From assembly GCA_965214405.1 (NCBI GenBank), contig OZ243956.1:4032001-4096000 (forward strand): 64,000 nt of DNA, written 5' to 3'. Positions 30,001 to 39,410 of the stretch are shown here, piece after piece (positions within the stretch are counted from its first letter, which is position 1; every line of letters begins with the position of its first letter). The notes below the pieces were generated by a model that was not told the DNA's origin, made no database searches, and was given only the letters and a program-made list of their open reading frames with translations. The position numbers and the translations under genes are program-made. The DNA comes from Trueperaceae bacterium (GTDB lineage: Bacteria; Deinococcota; Deinococci; Deinococcales; Trueperaceae).

Positions 30001-31545
30001 GACGGGGAGGGTAAACCGGACTACCTGGACCTAGACTCGGACAACGACGGCGTCTCCGACGCGACCGAGGCGGGCGCTGCGCCGAACGGGCCGGCGGACA
30101 GTGACGGCGACGGGCTGCCGGACTACCGGGACATCGACGCCGACGATGACGGCATTCCCGACAATATAGAAGCGCAGACGACCGCAGGGTATATCCCTCC
30201 CACGGGCAACGACGCCGACGGCGACGGGCTGGACGACGCTTACGACGCGGACGACGCTTCGGCGGACCCGGACGCCAGCGGCGGTTTGACCCCCGTCAAC
30301 ACGGACGGGGCGGACGCGCCCGACTACTTAGACGGCGACAGCGACAACGACGGGGTGGACGACCTGACCGAGGGCGGGCGGGGCACCCCCACGGGCAGTG
30401 ACAGCGACGGCGACGGTCTCGACGACGGCTTTGACGACGTGGTCGGCCCCGACCCCGCCGACGGCATCAACGCGCCCGCCACCGACCTGCCCGACCGCGA
30501 CGGCGACGGCGAGCCCGACTACCGCGACGTAGGCGGGACCGCAGGGGCGACCGTGCTGCTCGAGAAACGCGCGGCGGCGGGCGACTACACCGTGGGCAGC
30601 CGCGTTCCCTACACGGTTACGGTAAGCAACCCCAACAGCAGCGAAATTACGGTGACGCTGACCGACACGCCGCCCGCGGGCACGCTCTACGTTACGGACT
30701 CGGCGGAGGTCACGGTGAGCGGCGCGACCGAGGCCCTCGAGCCCACCCTCGGCGACGACGGACGGCTCAGTTGGACCGACCTCACCCTGGCGGCGGAGCA
30801 AACCGCGACGATCACCTACAGCCTGCGCGTGCTGCCGGAGGCGGCGAGCCCCCTGCGCAACACGGCGGCGGTGAGCGGTCTCGACGTAAGCGGGCGCGCC
30901 GTCAGCGCGGAGGCGGTCAGCGCCGAAACCACCCTACGCATGGGCGTCTTCGGACAAGCGGAAGGCTTAATTATCGGGCGCGTCTACTTAGACAGCGACC
31001 GCAACGACCGCTACAACGGGGGCGACGTGCCCCTGCCGGGGGCCCGCGTCATCCTGAGCAACGGCTATCAAACCCTAACGGACGCCGAGGGGAACTACGC
31101 CTTCCGCGACGTCTCCAGCGACACCCCCGGCGAGGCCTGGACGGTGGGGCTCGACCGCGCCACCGCGCCCTACGCCCCGCGCCCCCACAAGAACGCGGTG
31201 GGCGACGGCTACTTGCACTACGTGCGGGTGGAAAACGTCACCGTCAGCGACTTCCCGCTCGAGCCCCCGGTAGGCCTCGCCCGCGCCACCCGCGAGACGA
31301 GCTTGACCTTTGGACCCTTGCGCGTAGACAAGCGGCTCGTCCCGCTGCCGAACGGCGTGCGCGTCGTCCTGACAGTGACGAGCGACGAGCCGGTGCGCGA
31401 CCTCACCCTGACCGACCCTGTACAAGGTGGTGACGACAAGATGTTCGTGTTCGATTCTTTCGAGGGTAGCGAGACCCTCACCTACGACCTGCCCGCGGGC
31501 GCGGTGCTGACCGACCCCGTCGTGCGTGTAGGAGGTGACCAATGA
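24082..31545 (+). CDS. Giant secreted protein: N-terminal globular domain, DUF11 domains, ~1600 aa thrombospondin-3-like DxDxDG Ca-binding repeats, SdrD-B-like C-terminal domain
   Basis: Signal peptide (...GLGYAQ); DUF11-like LTVTK...LEYTL and LEKRA...VPYTVTVSN; dozens of DxDxDGxxD repeats; GRVYLDSDRN...LPGARV...TDAEGNYAF. Confidence 0.85.
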   Translation: MLPVLAPTRYLRLLAVVLLLGGLGLGYAQDPFSKRHSENEKGDIQIVGNTLMTCIDGTTDTYTGNSALCQDAQQGLAPAANNGFTMRYVNVDTSGAPPSTTIFNSSTADFTLPPDATVKWAGLYWSGRKSAGGGGSIAPAPANDENTVLLRVPGGGYQSLTADELSTSGDTFSGFKEVTPQVAAGGSGTYAVANVQAATGRDRYAAWSLVIVYADPSQTLRNLSVFDGLVTIGSTADVINVSGFLTPNSGPVRSTVGIVSNEGDSGIPGDGASLKGGSSATPTPLSDVVNPATNYFNSTISRFGAHVTAKNPNYVDQLGSDIDVLDASNILRNRETSAAINLTTSGDVYYPSVVTFVTDIEPVLTVTKTYTDVNGGNVNITDELEYTLLIESTGVDTANSVVLKDAVPEFTTYVPGSIEVISGANSGAKTDASGDDQAAYDSTGDELTFYLGTGATAGGGGTIAVGESTTIRFRVSVDPNTPDGYEIVNFARVDYTGQATGVGYADTSSVAAVAVTNPDSDGDGNPDFFDIDDDNDGILDVDEGAGDADGDGVPDALDIDSDNDGLSDLLESQGDLPTVIYPTGTDADNDGLDDAFDSDTGSNDPAASRPTYTVTLLDSDSDGNPDHLDIDSDNDGLTDLDEAFDTDGDGKADTVPANADLDNDGLDDAFDTYDNTTPSGTANTNAGSSNAAPANSDGDARPNHLDIDSDDDGLTDLDEAFDTDGDGKADVTPTAADADGDGMVDAFDNDDANVNPVASAAPVPPTNSDADSRANHLDIDSDGDGITDTNEAFDTDGDGQADTTPTNADADGDGLDDGFDNADTDPAPVASAAPIPPTNSDADGRANHLDIDADDDGIPDNIEAQATAGYTPPTGNDADGDGLDDAYDADDGNTDPFVSAGLTPENTDGSDNADFLDGDSDNDTVPDLNEGRQGTPSGADADNDGLDDGFDTVGGADVNDDIDDPTDPAQLPDADGDAGGGGANGDADYREVDADGNGIPDAVEAGADPTNPVDTDGDGVPDYADLDNDNDGILDATELGPDPTNPRDTDGDGTPDYLDLDADNDGITDALETGSPDANGDAIIDGFVDTNGNGLADSVDPALGNPAVTPPNFDGDTQPDYLDLDADDDGIVDLIEAGGNDLDRDGTVDGFVDTDGDGLADAVDPTLALNPGTPLPVPNSDGNGGPDYLDIDADDDGIPDNIEAQPTLGYVPPAGSDADGDGLDDAYDGYDDDGDAGTPGVSGLEPQNTDGADVPDYLDADSDNDTAPDVAEGGRGTFVGSDADGDGLDDGFDRVPGRDVNDDISDPVTDLPDAEGDAGDGGGADVDYRATDDTDGDGVVDSVDLDDDNDGIPDTVEGVSDTDGDGVPDARDRDSDNDGIPDVTEAGGTDADGDGVIDGFTDANNDGLHDPLAATPLPVPDTDGDGKPNYLDIDSDDDGITDTTEAGATPGLPINSDGDALPDYLDIDADDDGIPDNIEAQPTVGYVLPSGVDADGDGLDDAYDADPADRSPAASGVSPRNTDGADAPDYLDADSDNDGLTDVVEGGRGTPVNADADGDGLDDGFDRVPGRDVNDDLSDPSSELPDDDGDANAGGNVDYRDNDDNDGDGVPDIVDLDDDNDGIPDTDEGAPTADFDGDGVPNRFDADSDNDGVPDVTEAGGVDADGDGVVDGFTDANNDGLHDPLAATPLPVPDTDGDGHANYLDIDSDGDGLSDTTEAGTDPTRPADGDNDGVDDYLDIDADDDGIPDNVEAQTTVGYLPPSGVDADGDGLDDAYDAATNNKSEAASAGLAPENTDGVDAPDYLDSDSDNDGLSDVAEGGRGTPTGADADGDGLDDGFDRVPGHDVNDDITSPAAALPDDDGDVNAGGDVDYRDNDDADGDGVPNTTDLDDDNDGIPDTVEGITDSDGDGIPNSLDRDSDNDGIPDAVEAGGEDPDGDGVIGVGTPADVDGDGLPDTVDPDQGGTPLPVPDTDGEGKPDYLDLDSDNDGVSDATEAGAAPNGPADSDGDGLPDYRDIDADDDGIPDNIEAQTTAGYIPPTGNDADGDGLDDAYDADDASADPDASGGLTPVNTDGADAPDYLDGDSDNDGVDDLTEGGRGTPTGSDSDGDGLDDGFDDVVGPDPADGINAPATDLPDRDGDGEPDYRDVGGTAGATVLLEKRAAAGDYTVGSRVPYTVTVSNPNSSEITVTLTDTPPAGTLYVTDSAEVTVSGATEALEPTLGDDGRLSWTDLTLAAEQTATITYSLRVLPEAASPLRNTAAVSGLDVSGRAVSAEAVSAETTLRMGVFGQAEGLIIGRVYLDSDRNDRYNGGDVPLPGARVILSNGYQTLTDAEGNYAFRDVSSDTPGEAWTVGLDRATAPYAPRPHKNAVGDGYLHYVRVENVTVSDFPLEPPVGLARATRETSLTFGPLRVDKRLVPLPNGVRVVLTVTSDEPVRDLTLTDPVQGGDDKMFVFDSFEGSETLTYDLPAGAVLTDPVVRVGGDQ

Positions 31546-34500
31546 GACGCTTTAGAGCCGCTCTCTTGGTAACTTTACTCCTCTCACTGGCTCACACCCT
31601 GGCGCAAGCCCCCGCAACCTTCAAGGGCGTGGTGGTGGGCGACGCGCTGGGCTGGGAGACGAACCGCTTGGCGCTGACCCTCGAGGTGTCCCAAGCCACC
31701 GACGTGACCCTGAACCTTTACTCTCCCGGTTTCGACCCGGACGACTACCGCGCCGCCCTGCGGGGCGAGCGCGAGGTCGGGGACGAGCGCTACGACGAAG
31801 GCGAGGGGAACGTCGTCACGACTTTTAGCTTGCAGTACGGCGCTCAGGAGGTGGCGAGCCGCCGCTACGGCGTCGAGCCGCACCGCGATGACATCCTTTT
31901 TGAGGGCAGGCTCGAGCCCGGCGTCTACACCCTCACCGCCGAGCTGCAAGGTCTGGCGAAAAACGCCTTTGTTTATACGTTTAATAGCTCTCAGCCCGAC
32001 GCCCTGGCCCTCTACATCGAGCCCGACCAGCTCTTAATCGACCCGCAGCGCGGCGCGCCTGCGGACGGCGAGGGCACGGGGGCCAACTACACCATCTCGA
32101 GGGGCGACTGGCAGGAGGCCTTCGCGCTGGAGGTGCCCGACTTCCCCCGCCCGGTCACGGTGGGCCTCTACGACGGGGACGGCCCCGGCGAGCTGAGGTT
32201 CCGGCTGAGAAACCCGGAGGGTAGCGAGCAGGAACTCCCGGTGTCGGGGGACCTCGAGTGGCGCAACTACACCCTGAGCGAGACCGGGCGCTACGGCTTC
32301 AGCTTCCGCATCCCCGACGCGGCCTACCAGTATTCCAACACGGTGGGCGTGCGCGTCGACCAGCGCCTGCGCGTCGAGCGCGACGCCTTGCGCGTGGTCG
32401 CCCCGGCAGCCTTCGCCCTGACGAAAACGGTCGACCGCGGCGAGGCGCAGCCCGGCGACACCCTCACCTACACCCTCACCGCGACGAACACGGGCGGCTC
32501 GCTCGGCACGGCGACCCTGACCGACCGCTTGCCCGCCGGTCTGAACGGGGACGCCCTGGAAACGACCTTCAGCCTCGCCCCCGGCGAATCGCGCGACTTT
32601 ACGGTGAGCGCCGAGGTCACCGACGCGGCGGGCGACACGCTCGTCAACGAGGCCACATTGAGCGCTCTCACAGGTGAGGTTCGCGCCCAAGCTCCTGTCA
32701 ACGTCTCCCGCGAAGTCACGGCCGAGGCCGCCCCTCCGGGCGGCGCGGCGGCCTATACCCTGACCAAAACCGCCAACGTCGACGCCGCGACCGTCGGGGA
32801 CACCGTGACCTACCTGCTCAGCGTGACTAACGTCGGGGAGAGCCGTGGCGCGGTGATCCTCAGCGACCCCCTAGTCGAAGGATTGGCGGGGGAGGCCCTG
32901 AACGAAACGTTCGAACTCGCGGCGGGCGACACGCGCACCTTCGCCGTCGACGCCACCGTCACCGAAGCGGCGGGGAGCGAGGTCACCAACACCGCGACCT
33001 TGGAGTTCGGCGTCCAAAAAGCGAGCGCGAGCGCCAGCGTGGCGGTGGAACGCCCTGTGGCGGAGCCAGACCCTGCCCCACCGACCATTGAGCCCGCCGA
33101 ACCCACAACTGTTGAACCCGAACCTACAGAAGCGCCAACGCCACCCGCCGCCGAGCCCGCCGTTACGGAAGCGTCACCCCGAGACTTCGAGCTGAACCGC
33201 TTCTCGCGCATCGTCCTCGAATACCAGGTCGGCAACATCTTAAGCTGCGACTTGGGTAACTTCGCCCCCGGCGAGACGAAAACCCTCGGCGTGACCTACG
33301 AGGGCGTCGCCGGGGAGGCCCGCTTCCGCCGCAGCCTGAGCGCCGCCGGGCTGACGCTGGCCGCGACGACCCCGACGGTCGAGGACGGCGCGACAAGCTA
33401 CCGCGTCCGCGTGACCAACGGGAGCGAGCCTGCTCAGAACGTCGTGCTGACCGAGCCGCTGCCCCCTGGCGCAGAGCTACTAGGCGCGTCGCACGTGTGC
33501 CGCGACGCCGTCCAGGGGGCGAGCCGCGTGCTCGTTAGCCACGTGCCCCCCGCCGGAGGAACCTACGTGGCGGGCTCGAGCTTTGCAGGCGACGGAGCCG
33601 CCGAGGACCCCTTCGTTGACGACGAAGGCCGCCTCTACTTCGTCCTGCCCTATACCGACAGCGGCGAAGTCAGCTACACGGTGAGGCACGCGGACGCGCT
33701 CGGCACCGTTCTGCCCCCGGCCCTGACGGTCGAGGCCGCCGCGCGCGAGGTCTATCTGGTCGGCACCGTCTCCTTTGGCGCGGTGCCGCGCGAGCTCGCC
33801 GACGCCCCCGTCAGCCCAGTTCAGGGTGCCCGGGTCGAGGTGCGCCCGCTTGGCGCCGTCGCTGACGGGCGCAGGGCGCTCGAGTTCGAAGTGCGCGCCG
33901 TGACCGAGGCGGGAAGAGCGGCGGCCGCGCGCTACCTCACCGTGGAGAGCAGCTTAGAACCGCAAGAGCCCGACGCCGCCCCGGAGCTCTCGGGCTACCA
34001 GGTGGCGCTCACCGACGGCGTGGGCACCCTGCGCCTGCGCCCCCGCGTGACCCCCACCACCCTCACCTTGCGCCTCGCTTACAACAGCGACGACGACCTA
34101 GATTTCGACGTGGTTCAAGCCGTGGAGCTGTTCATCCCGGGCGCGCGTCGCGGCATCTACCAATATCAGGCGAGCGTGACCCTCACCACGGCGGCGGGGG
34201 TCAACGTCGAGGGCGAGGTCAGGGGCTACGCCGAACTGCCCCTCGGCCCCGGCAGCTTGCAGGTGGCCGCCGACGTGGGCGTGACGACCGAGGACGAATT
34301 TTCGCTCGACCGCGACCGCGGCCTGACGACCTACACCGACCCCGACGCGCGCTTTCCCCTCACCGGGGCGGGGGCGGAAGCCCGCCCCGCCCTGCGCAGC
34401 GACGACGGCGTCGCCGTGCGTTACGACCAGGAGCGCTGGACCGCCGGGTACTACGCCGACCACTTGGGCGTCCCAGGGGTGAGCGGGCTTGCTCAGGGCA

Positions 34501-36329
34501 CCGCCCTGCGCGGCGAGCTGCGCGGCGGCCTAAAGGGCGGCGACTTGGGCGCAAAAGCCTTTGCGGGCCTCTTGCCCAGCCCGACAAAGGCCGTAGACAT
34601 CGTTCCCGACGGCACCCGTTATTACCGCCTGGGGACAAGCGTCACGCCGCAGAGCGAACGCTTGACGCTGGTGAGCGTCGCGGGCGAGATTGTACTGGAG
34701 CGGCTCAAAGATTACCAGATTGACTACGCCGACGGCACGATTTTTTTAGCGCAGCCCCTGCAACCCTTGGACCAAAACTTCAACCCCGTCATCCTGCGCG
34801 TCGCCTACGCCCCGGCAAGCGAGGACGCGTCGCGCGAGCTGGCGTACGGTGCGGGCGTGAGCTACCAAAGGGGCGGGCTGGGCTTCTCGCTTGGGGGCGC
34901 GTTTGTGGGCGGCTACCGGCTGGGCGCCGAGGCCTCGTACCGCGCGGACGGCTTCGGCCTGGCCGCCAGCTACCGTCTGGACTATGACCCTGATGCAGAC
35001 CCCGACGCAGAAGACGAGGGGGCCAGTCACACCCTCGGCGTGATCGCCGACGGCGCGGTGGACAGGCTCGAGTTCGGCGTCGCTCTGAGCTACACCAGCC
35101 TTCTCGACGGCAACACCCTGCGCGGCGCCGGGCGCGTCGCCTACCGCGTCCTTAAAGATGGGCGCGTCGTCGTCACCCACCAGGGGAACACGGCGACCAA
35201 CCGCACCGCGCTGCTGTACGAGCAGACCCTGGGCGCGTTCACCGTGGGCGCAGGCGCGGACTACGTTTGGGAAACCAGCAGCCTGGGGGTGGTCGGCCTG
35301 CTCGGCTACGCGAACGAACGCTTCGGGGCGCAGCTCGTACACTCCCAACCCTTAAGCGGCGCGGCGGAGCCCCGCAGCACCTTCGGGACGAGCTACCAAC
35401 TCGACGCCAACTTGAGCGCCAACGCGGCGGCGTCGTACGCGTGGGGGGGAACGCTCGAGGCCGTGGTAGGGCTCAACCAGAAGCTCGGCTCCGCGAACCT
35501 AACGCTCGACTATCAGCTCCCCACCCTCAACGGCGAGGGGAACCGCGCCCGCTTCGGCGTCGTCGTGCCCTTCGCCCTCACCGACGCGCTGTCGGTGGAC
35601 GCGAGCGCCGGGTACACGGCCGACCTTGGCGACAACACTACGGAAGCCTCTTTCGGCGTGTCGGCGCGCTACACCCTCTCCCGCCTCACGGCGACCCTGG
35701 GAACCGACGTCGCCCTAGGCGAAGCGGCCAAGGTGGTAGTGCGTGCCGGAGCGGGTGGTCAATTAGCGCAAAACCAGACGCTCACCTTCGACGTGAACGC
35801 GCAGCTCGCCCCGGCGCTGGACGGCAGCTTTACCGCCGCTTACGCGCTGCGCGGCGCTTCATTCAGCCTGCTCACCTATCACCGACTCAAGAAGAGCGGG
35901 GAAGATACCCTCTTGGAGGGCGAACTGGCCCCGACCTGGGCCCCGTCCGACGCCTTCCAGTTGCGTCCCGACCTGGCCTACCTTGTCAACTTCACCGACC
36001 CCGACGCCAGCACCTACCAAGCCTCCCTATTTGGGACCTACTACGTTGACCTGCACTTGGGCGGCGCGGCGGACGCCGACCCCACCTTCATCCCCTACGG
36101 CGAAGGCTACACCCCCACCTTCGGGGTGGGCGGGGGCGCGGTCTACCTGCTACAACCAGGCACCGACACGGGAAAATTCGCGTTGGGGCTCGAGGGCAGC
36201 GTGAGGGTCGTCGACCCCCTGTGGCTCACCCTGGGCTACCTGTCCGACCGGTCGTTCGGCGGTCTGACCTCAGAGACGCGTGGCGGGCTTTACCTGCGCA
36301 TAGACCTGGTGGGAGGCGGACAGTTCTGA
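31542..36329 (+). CDS. Large secreted DUF11-domain protein with probable C-terminal outer-membrane beta-barrel
   Basis: Signal peptide; two LTKT.D...A.PGDT.TY DUF11 repeats; Pro/Glu linker; ~700 aa of alternating beta-strand-like sequence ending in F; ATGA overlap with the upstream gene. Confidence 0.75.
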   Translation: MRRFRAALLVTLLLSLAHTLAQAPATFKGVVVGDALGWETNRLALTLEVSQATDVTLNLYSPGFDPDDYRAALRGEREVGDERYDEGEGNVVTTFSLQYGAQEVASRRYGVEPHRDDILFEGRLEPGVYTLTAELQGLAKNAFVYTFNSSQPDALALYIEPDQLLIDPQRGAPADGEGTGANYTISRGDWQEAFALEVPDFPRPVTVGLYDGDGPGELRFRLRNPEGSEQELPVSGDLEWRNYTLSETGRYGFSFRIPDAAYQYSNTVGVRVDQRLRVERDALRVVAPAAFALTKTVDRGEAQPGDTLTYTLTATNTGGSLGTATLTDRLPAGLNGDALETTFSLAPGESRDFTVSAEVTDAAGDTLVNEATLSALTGEVRAQAPVNVSREVTAEAAPPGGAAAYTLTKTANVDAATVGDTVTYLLSVTNVGESRGAVILSDPLVEGLAGEALNETFELAAGDTRTFAVDATVTEAAGSEVTNTATLEFGVQKASASASVAVERPVAEPDPAPPTIEPAEPTTVEPEPTEAPTPPAAEPAVTEASPRDFELNRFSRIVLEYQVGNILSCDLGNFAPGETKTLGVTYEGVAGEARFRRSLSAAGLTLAATTPTVEDGATSYRVRVTNGSEPAQNVVLTEPLPPGAELLGASHVCRDAVQGASRVLVSHVPPAGGTYVAGSSFAGDGAAEDPFVDDEGRLYFVLPYTDSGEVSYTVRHADALGTVLPPALTVEAAAREVYLVGTVSFGAVPRELADAPVSPVQGARVEVRPLGAVADGRRALEFEVRAVTEAGRAAAARYLTVESSLEPQEPDAAPELSGYQVALTDGVGTLRLRPRVTPTTLTLRLAYNSDDDLDFDVVQAVELFIPGARRGIYQYQASVTLTTAAGVNVEGEVRGYAELPLGPGSLQVAADVGVTTEDEFSLDRDRGLTTYTDPDARFPLTGAGAEARPALRSDDGVAVRYDQERWTAGYYADHLGVPGVSGLAQGTALRGELRGGLKGGDLGAKAFAGLLPSPTKAVDIVPDGTRYYRLGTSVTPQSERLTLVSVAGEIVLERLKDYQIDYADGTIFLAQPLQPLDQNFNPVILRVAYAPASEDASRELAYGAGVSYQRGGLGFSLGGAFVGGYRLGAEASYRADGFGLAASYRLDYDPDADPDAEDEGASHTLGVIADGAVDRLEFGVALSYTSLLDGNTLRGAGRVAYRVLKDGRVVVTHQGNTATNRTALLYEQTLGAFTVGAGADYVWETSSLGVVGLLGYANERFGAQLVHSQPLSGAAEPRSTFGTSYQLDANLSANAAASYAWGGTLEAVVGLNQKLGSANLTLDYQLPTLNGEGNRARFGVVVPFALTDALSVDASAGYTADLGDNTTEASFGVSARYTLSRLTATLGTDVALGEAAKVVVRAGAGGQLAQNQTLTFDVNAQLAPALDGSFTAAYALRGASFSLLTYHRLKKSGEDTLLEGELAPTWAPSDAFQLRPDLAYLVNFTDPDASTYQASLFGTYYVDLHLGGAADADPTFIPYGEGYTPTFGVGGGAVYLLQPGTDTGKFALGLEGSVRVVDPLWLTLGYLSDRSFGGLTSETRGGLYLRIDLVGGGQF

Positions 36330-36336
36330 AAAACAG

Positions 36337-36366
36337 GAAAGAGGGTAGGTGTACCTACCCTCTTTC
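36337..36366. terminator. Hairpin terminator
   Basis: 14-bp perfect inverted repeat GAAAGAGGGTAGGT/ACCTACCCTCTTTC after the stop codon. Confidence 0.75.
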
Positions 36367-36831
36367 GAGGATTCTCTTAGTTCTGGCTCTCCCGCCGATC
36401 AGGTGCCATGAAGGTTGCCAAGCGTCGGGGTCGATGCGACCACCGGGGTGCCACGATGATTTTACTCGCTTCATCGTCACGGCCACAGGGTAGCTGAGCT
36501 GTCGGTTCGATATGCAATAGAACGGGCCGTCAGGCGCATAAGAAGCTAACCAAGTCTCGTGCAATCTCTCATTCAGCTATTTCATGAATTCAAACGAGCA
36601 ATATCAAGTGTTTGAAGTACGTTACTGCTTAGATTATATTCCGGGGAGAAAAAGCTCCTGGCTCTACTCCCCGCTCTCTTCCCTAAGCCGCTCCCTACCA
36701 ATCTCCTGAACACTCCGGCAGCCCGCCAACCCCATCGTCAAATCAAAATCGGCCTTGAAATTTCTTATTACTTCCCGCACGCCCCGCTCACCCGCCACCG
36801 CCAGCGCGTACACATAAGGCCGCCCCAACAG

Positions 36832-38187
36832 GGGTGCATCCTGGCATAAGGGGATAGAAAAAGGGTGCAAAGGGAAGTAGACTGGCGCATGAACAAGCCA
36901 GACTGGGAAGAGAAGGCGAGAGAAGCATTCGAGCATTACTTAGCCGATTTGAAGGCAACGCTAGCGCCGGACGCCAACTTTAGAGATATAGAAAGGGCAA
37001 TGCTAAAGTTCTCGCCGGAGATGATGAGAAAAACAGCCGAGGCCCTGGCGAACGCCGAGGCTTTTTCCCCCCGAAGCCAAAGCGACACCTGAGGGCTACT
37101 GGCGTAACGGTCTGAGTACAGGCAATATCAAGACGTGCTGGGGTAGTGTTCGTGTCAAAGTCCAGAGGTTGAAAGCTCGAACGGGAGAGCGTCAACAGGT
37201 CTACTATGATGGCTGCTTGGATGAATCGGGCTGGAGCCCTGAAGCCTTGGAACGCTTGCTCGAACTCAGTAGCCGTCTGCCTTATGAAGAAGGCAGTCAT
37301 CTCGCCAAGCTGTTTGGACTCGACATTAGCGGTTCAAGCCTTGCGACTTTAACCAGTCTCTACGCGCTTCACTGTGAACAGGCAGTGAGTGAAAAGCTAA
37401 GGCAAACGCGTGAGTGTCCGGTTCAGCCAAGCGCTAAGCCGGGGCGTGTGATGGTCCTACAAGTTGATGGTGTTTATGTGCTGGGTCGTCCTGAAGCAAA
37501 GAGTTGTCCGGGGCTAGAAATAAAGAGCGCTGTTCTTTACTCTCAAAATGGTCCCGGCGAAAGGTGGATGTTAGCAGACAGATGTTCAGCCGAGGACTTT
37601 TTGCCCCTGCTTTTAGGCTTGCTTGTAGAGGCGGGTGTCACAGCCCAAGATACCCTTATCGGCCTAGGCGACGGTGCGAAATGGATTGACACCATCTTTA
37701 CTCACCTGGCGGCTACGCGCATTACCGATGTCTTTCACGCTGCGACTTACCTCAATGTCGTCATGCAGGCCCTGCACTGGGATGAAGCCGAGCGAACCCG
37801 GCACAGGCGGGACTGGTACAGGGGCGACATCAGTGCGCGAGACTGGTTAGAACAGTATCTCCCTGAGCCCGAGCTGTGGATGACCTGGCAAGACAACGCC
37901 TTATCGGCTCTTAACTACTTAGAGCAGCGCTTAGATTCTATGGACTATCCCAGCTTCAAAAACAAACGCTACCCCATTGGTTCAGGTCAGGTTGAAGGGA
38001 TGAACAAGGCTGTTATTGGTCACCGCATGAAAAGAAGTGGTATGCACTGGTCACCTTCTGGCGCTAAGGGCATGGCCTCACTCAGGGCACAAACTTGTGC
38101 TAAACATCCGCTACTGGACTTTGATGACCTTCGTTTCTCAGCCTTCGCTTTGGCTTCCTAACTTTCACCTTAGAGCAGGATGCACCC
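36832..38187 (+). mobile_element. ISKra4/ISLre2-like insertion sequence with 9-bp target duplication
   Basis: Ends GGGTGCATCCTG / CAGGATGCACCC; CCCCAACAG duplicated at 36823-36831 and 38188-38196. Confidence 0.9.
36889..38161 (+). CDS. Transposase in two overlapping frames (36889-37092 and ~37061-38161)
   Basis: LQVDG, LGDGAKWI, DVFHA and PIGSGQVEG.NK.VIGHRMKRSGMHWS motifs; the frames meet at a T5C6 run (37062-37072). Confidence 0.8.
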
Positions 38188-39410
38188 CCCCAACAGGACC
38201 GCCCTAGCGCCCAAAGCGAGCGCCTTAAAGATGTCCGCGCCACCCCGAATCCCGCTGTCCATCAAGACCGGGCGACCCCGCGCGGCCTCCACGATAGCGG
38301 GTAGCGCGCCCAACGCCGCCACCGCCCCGTCCACCTGCCGCCCCCCGTGGTTCGAGACGATAAACCCGTCCACGCCGTGCTCGAGCCCTTCTCTCGCGTC
38401 ATCCGGGTGCAAGACGCCCTTGAGCAAAATGGGGAGCTTTGTATGCGCGCGCAAGAAGTCGATATCGTCCCAACTCAACGACGGTTTGGAGTAGCCCTGG
38501 ATAAAACGCTGCACCGCCGCCAGGGGCAGCCCGGAGCGCAGGTTGGCGCGAAAGGAGCCGGGGTGCGTCCGGGAGAGCTCGAGGAGCACCCGGACGGAGG
38601 AGAGCGTCACCCGGCGCTTACGCCGCTCCGGCGAGGTTTCTCTCAAAAGCGCCCTAAAAACAGGGTCGCTGGTGTATTGTGCGACGCCCTTGCCGCGCAA
38701 AAAGGGCAAATAGGCGAGGTCCAAGTCGCGGGTGCGCCAGCCGAGCAGGGTTGTGTCCAAAGTCACCACGATGGCTTTGCAGCCGCACCTTTCGGCGCGT
38801 TCGACAAAACTGAGAACCAAGTCGGCGCTTCTGCTGTAGTAGAGCTGAAACCAGCGTGGGGCCTCACCCATGACCGAAGCACACGTTTCCATCGGCACCG
38901 ACGCTTGGTTTGAAAAGATAAACGGCACGCCCTCCGCCGCGGCGGCCTTGGCGACGGCCAAGTCGGCCTCTTTGTGCGCCATCTCCAACACGCCGATGGG
39001 GGCGAGCAGAAAAGGACTCGGCAGCGTCACGCCAAAAAGTTCCGCGCTCGTGTCGCGTTCGGACACGTCCCTGAGCACCCGCGGCACGATGCGTAACCGC
39101 TCAAACGCTCGCCTATTTTCCAGCATGGTGCCCTCGAGCCCCGCACCCCCCGCCACGTAGGCAAAGCCCTGGGCCGACATCTTGCGGCGCGCGGCCTCCT
39201 CGAGTCGCCTCATAGAAACCGGCACCAAAGGCTTATCGCCCGCGACCCCGCCGAGATAAATCTCTTCCTGGCGCGTTCGCCCGATGTTCGTTTCGTTTGT
39301 CATCGTGACAGCATAACCGTCAGCACGACCAGCATCATAACCAAACCCTTATTTGGGGTTGTGCTGAACCAAAGCTTTACCCAAAGCTTTACCGAGAACT
39401 CACCCCCACC

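Larger units (their letters stand above)
36664..39303 (-). pseudogene. FMN-dependent alpha-hydroxy acid oxidase (lactate 2-monooxygenase-like) split by an IS
   Basis: The N-terminal part has [23 protein letters not shown] and DSGIR...ARAVLLG. It resumes after the IS as RPYVYALAVAGERGV...DLTMGLAG. Confidence 0.9.

Noticed and set aside
25288..35348. Many long antisense or alternate-frame ORFs over the giant genes (and similar ones over other genes)
   Set aside because: Shadow ORFs produced by high GC and repetitive GAC/GGC codons; no recognisable motifs.
36355..36660. Short minus-strand ORF and AT-rich patch after the giant genes
   Set aside because: No clear start or motif; possibly a gene remnant but cannot be supported.
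39368..39393. CCAAAGCTTTAC tandem duplication
   Set aside because: Two copies only, in a short intergenic gap; likely replication slippage.
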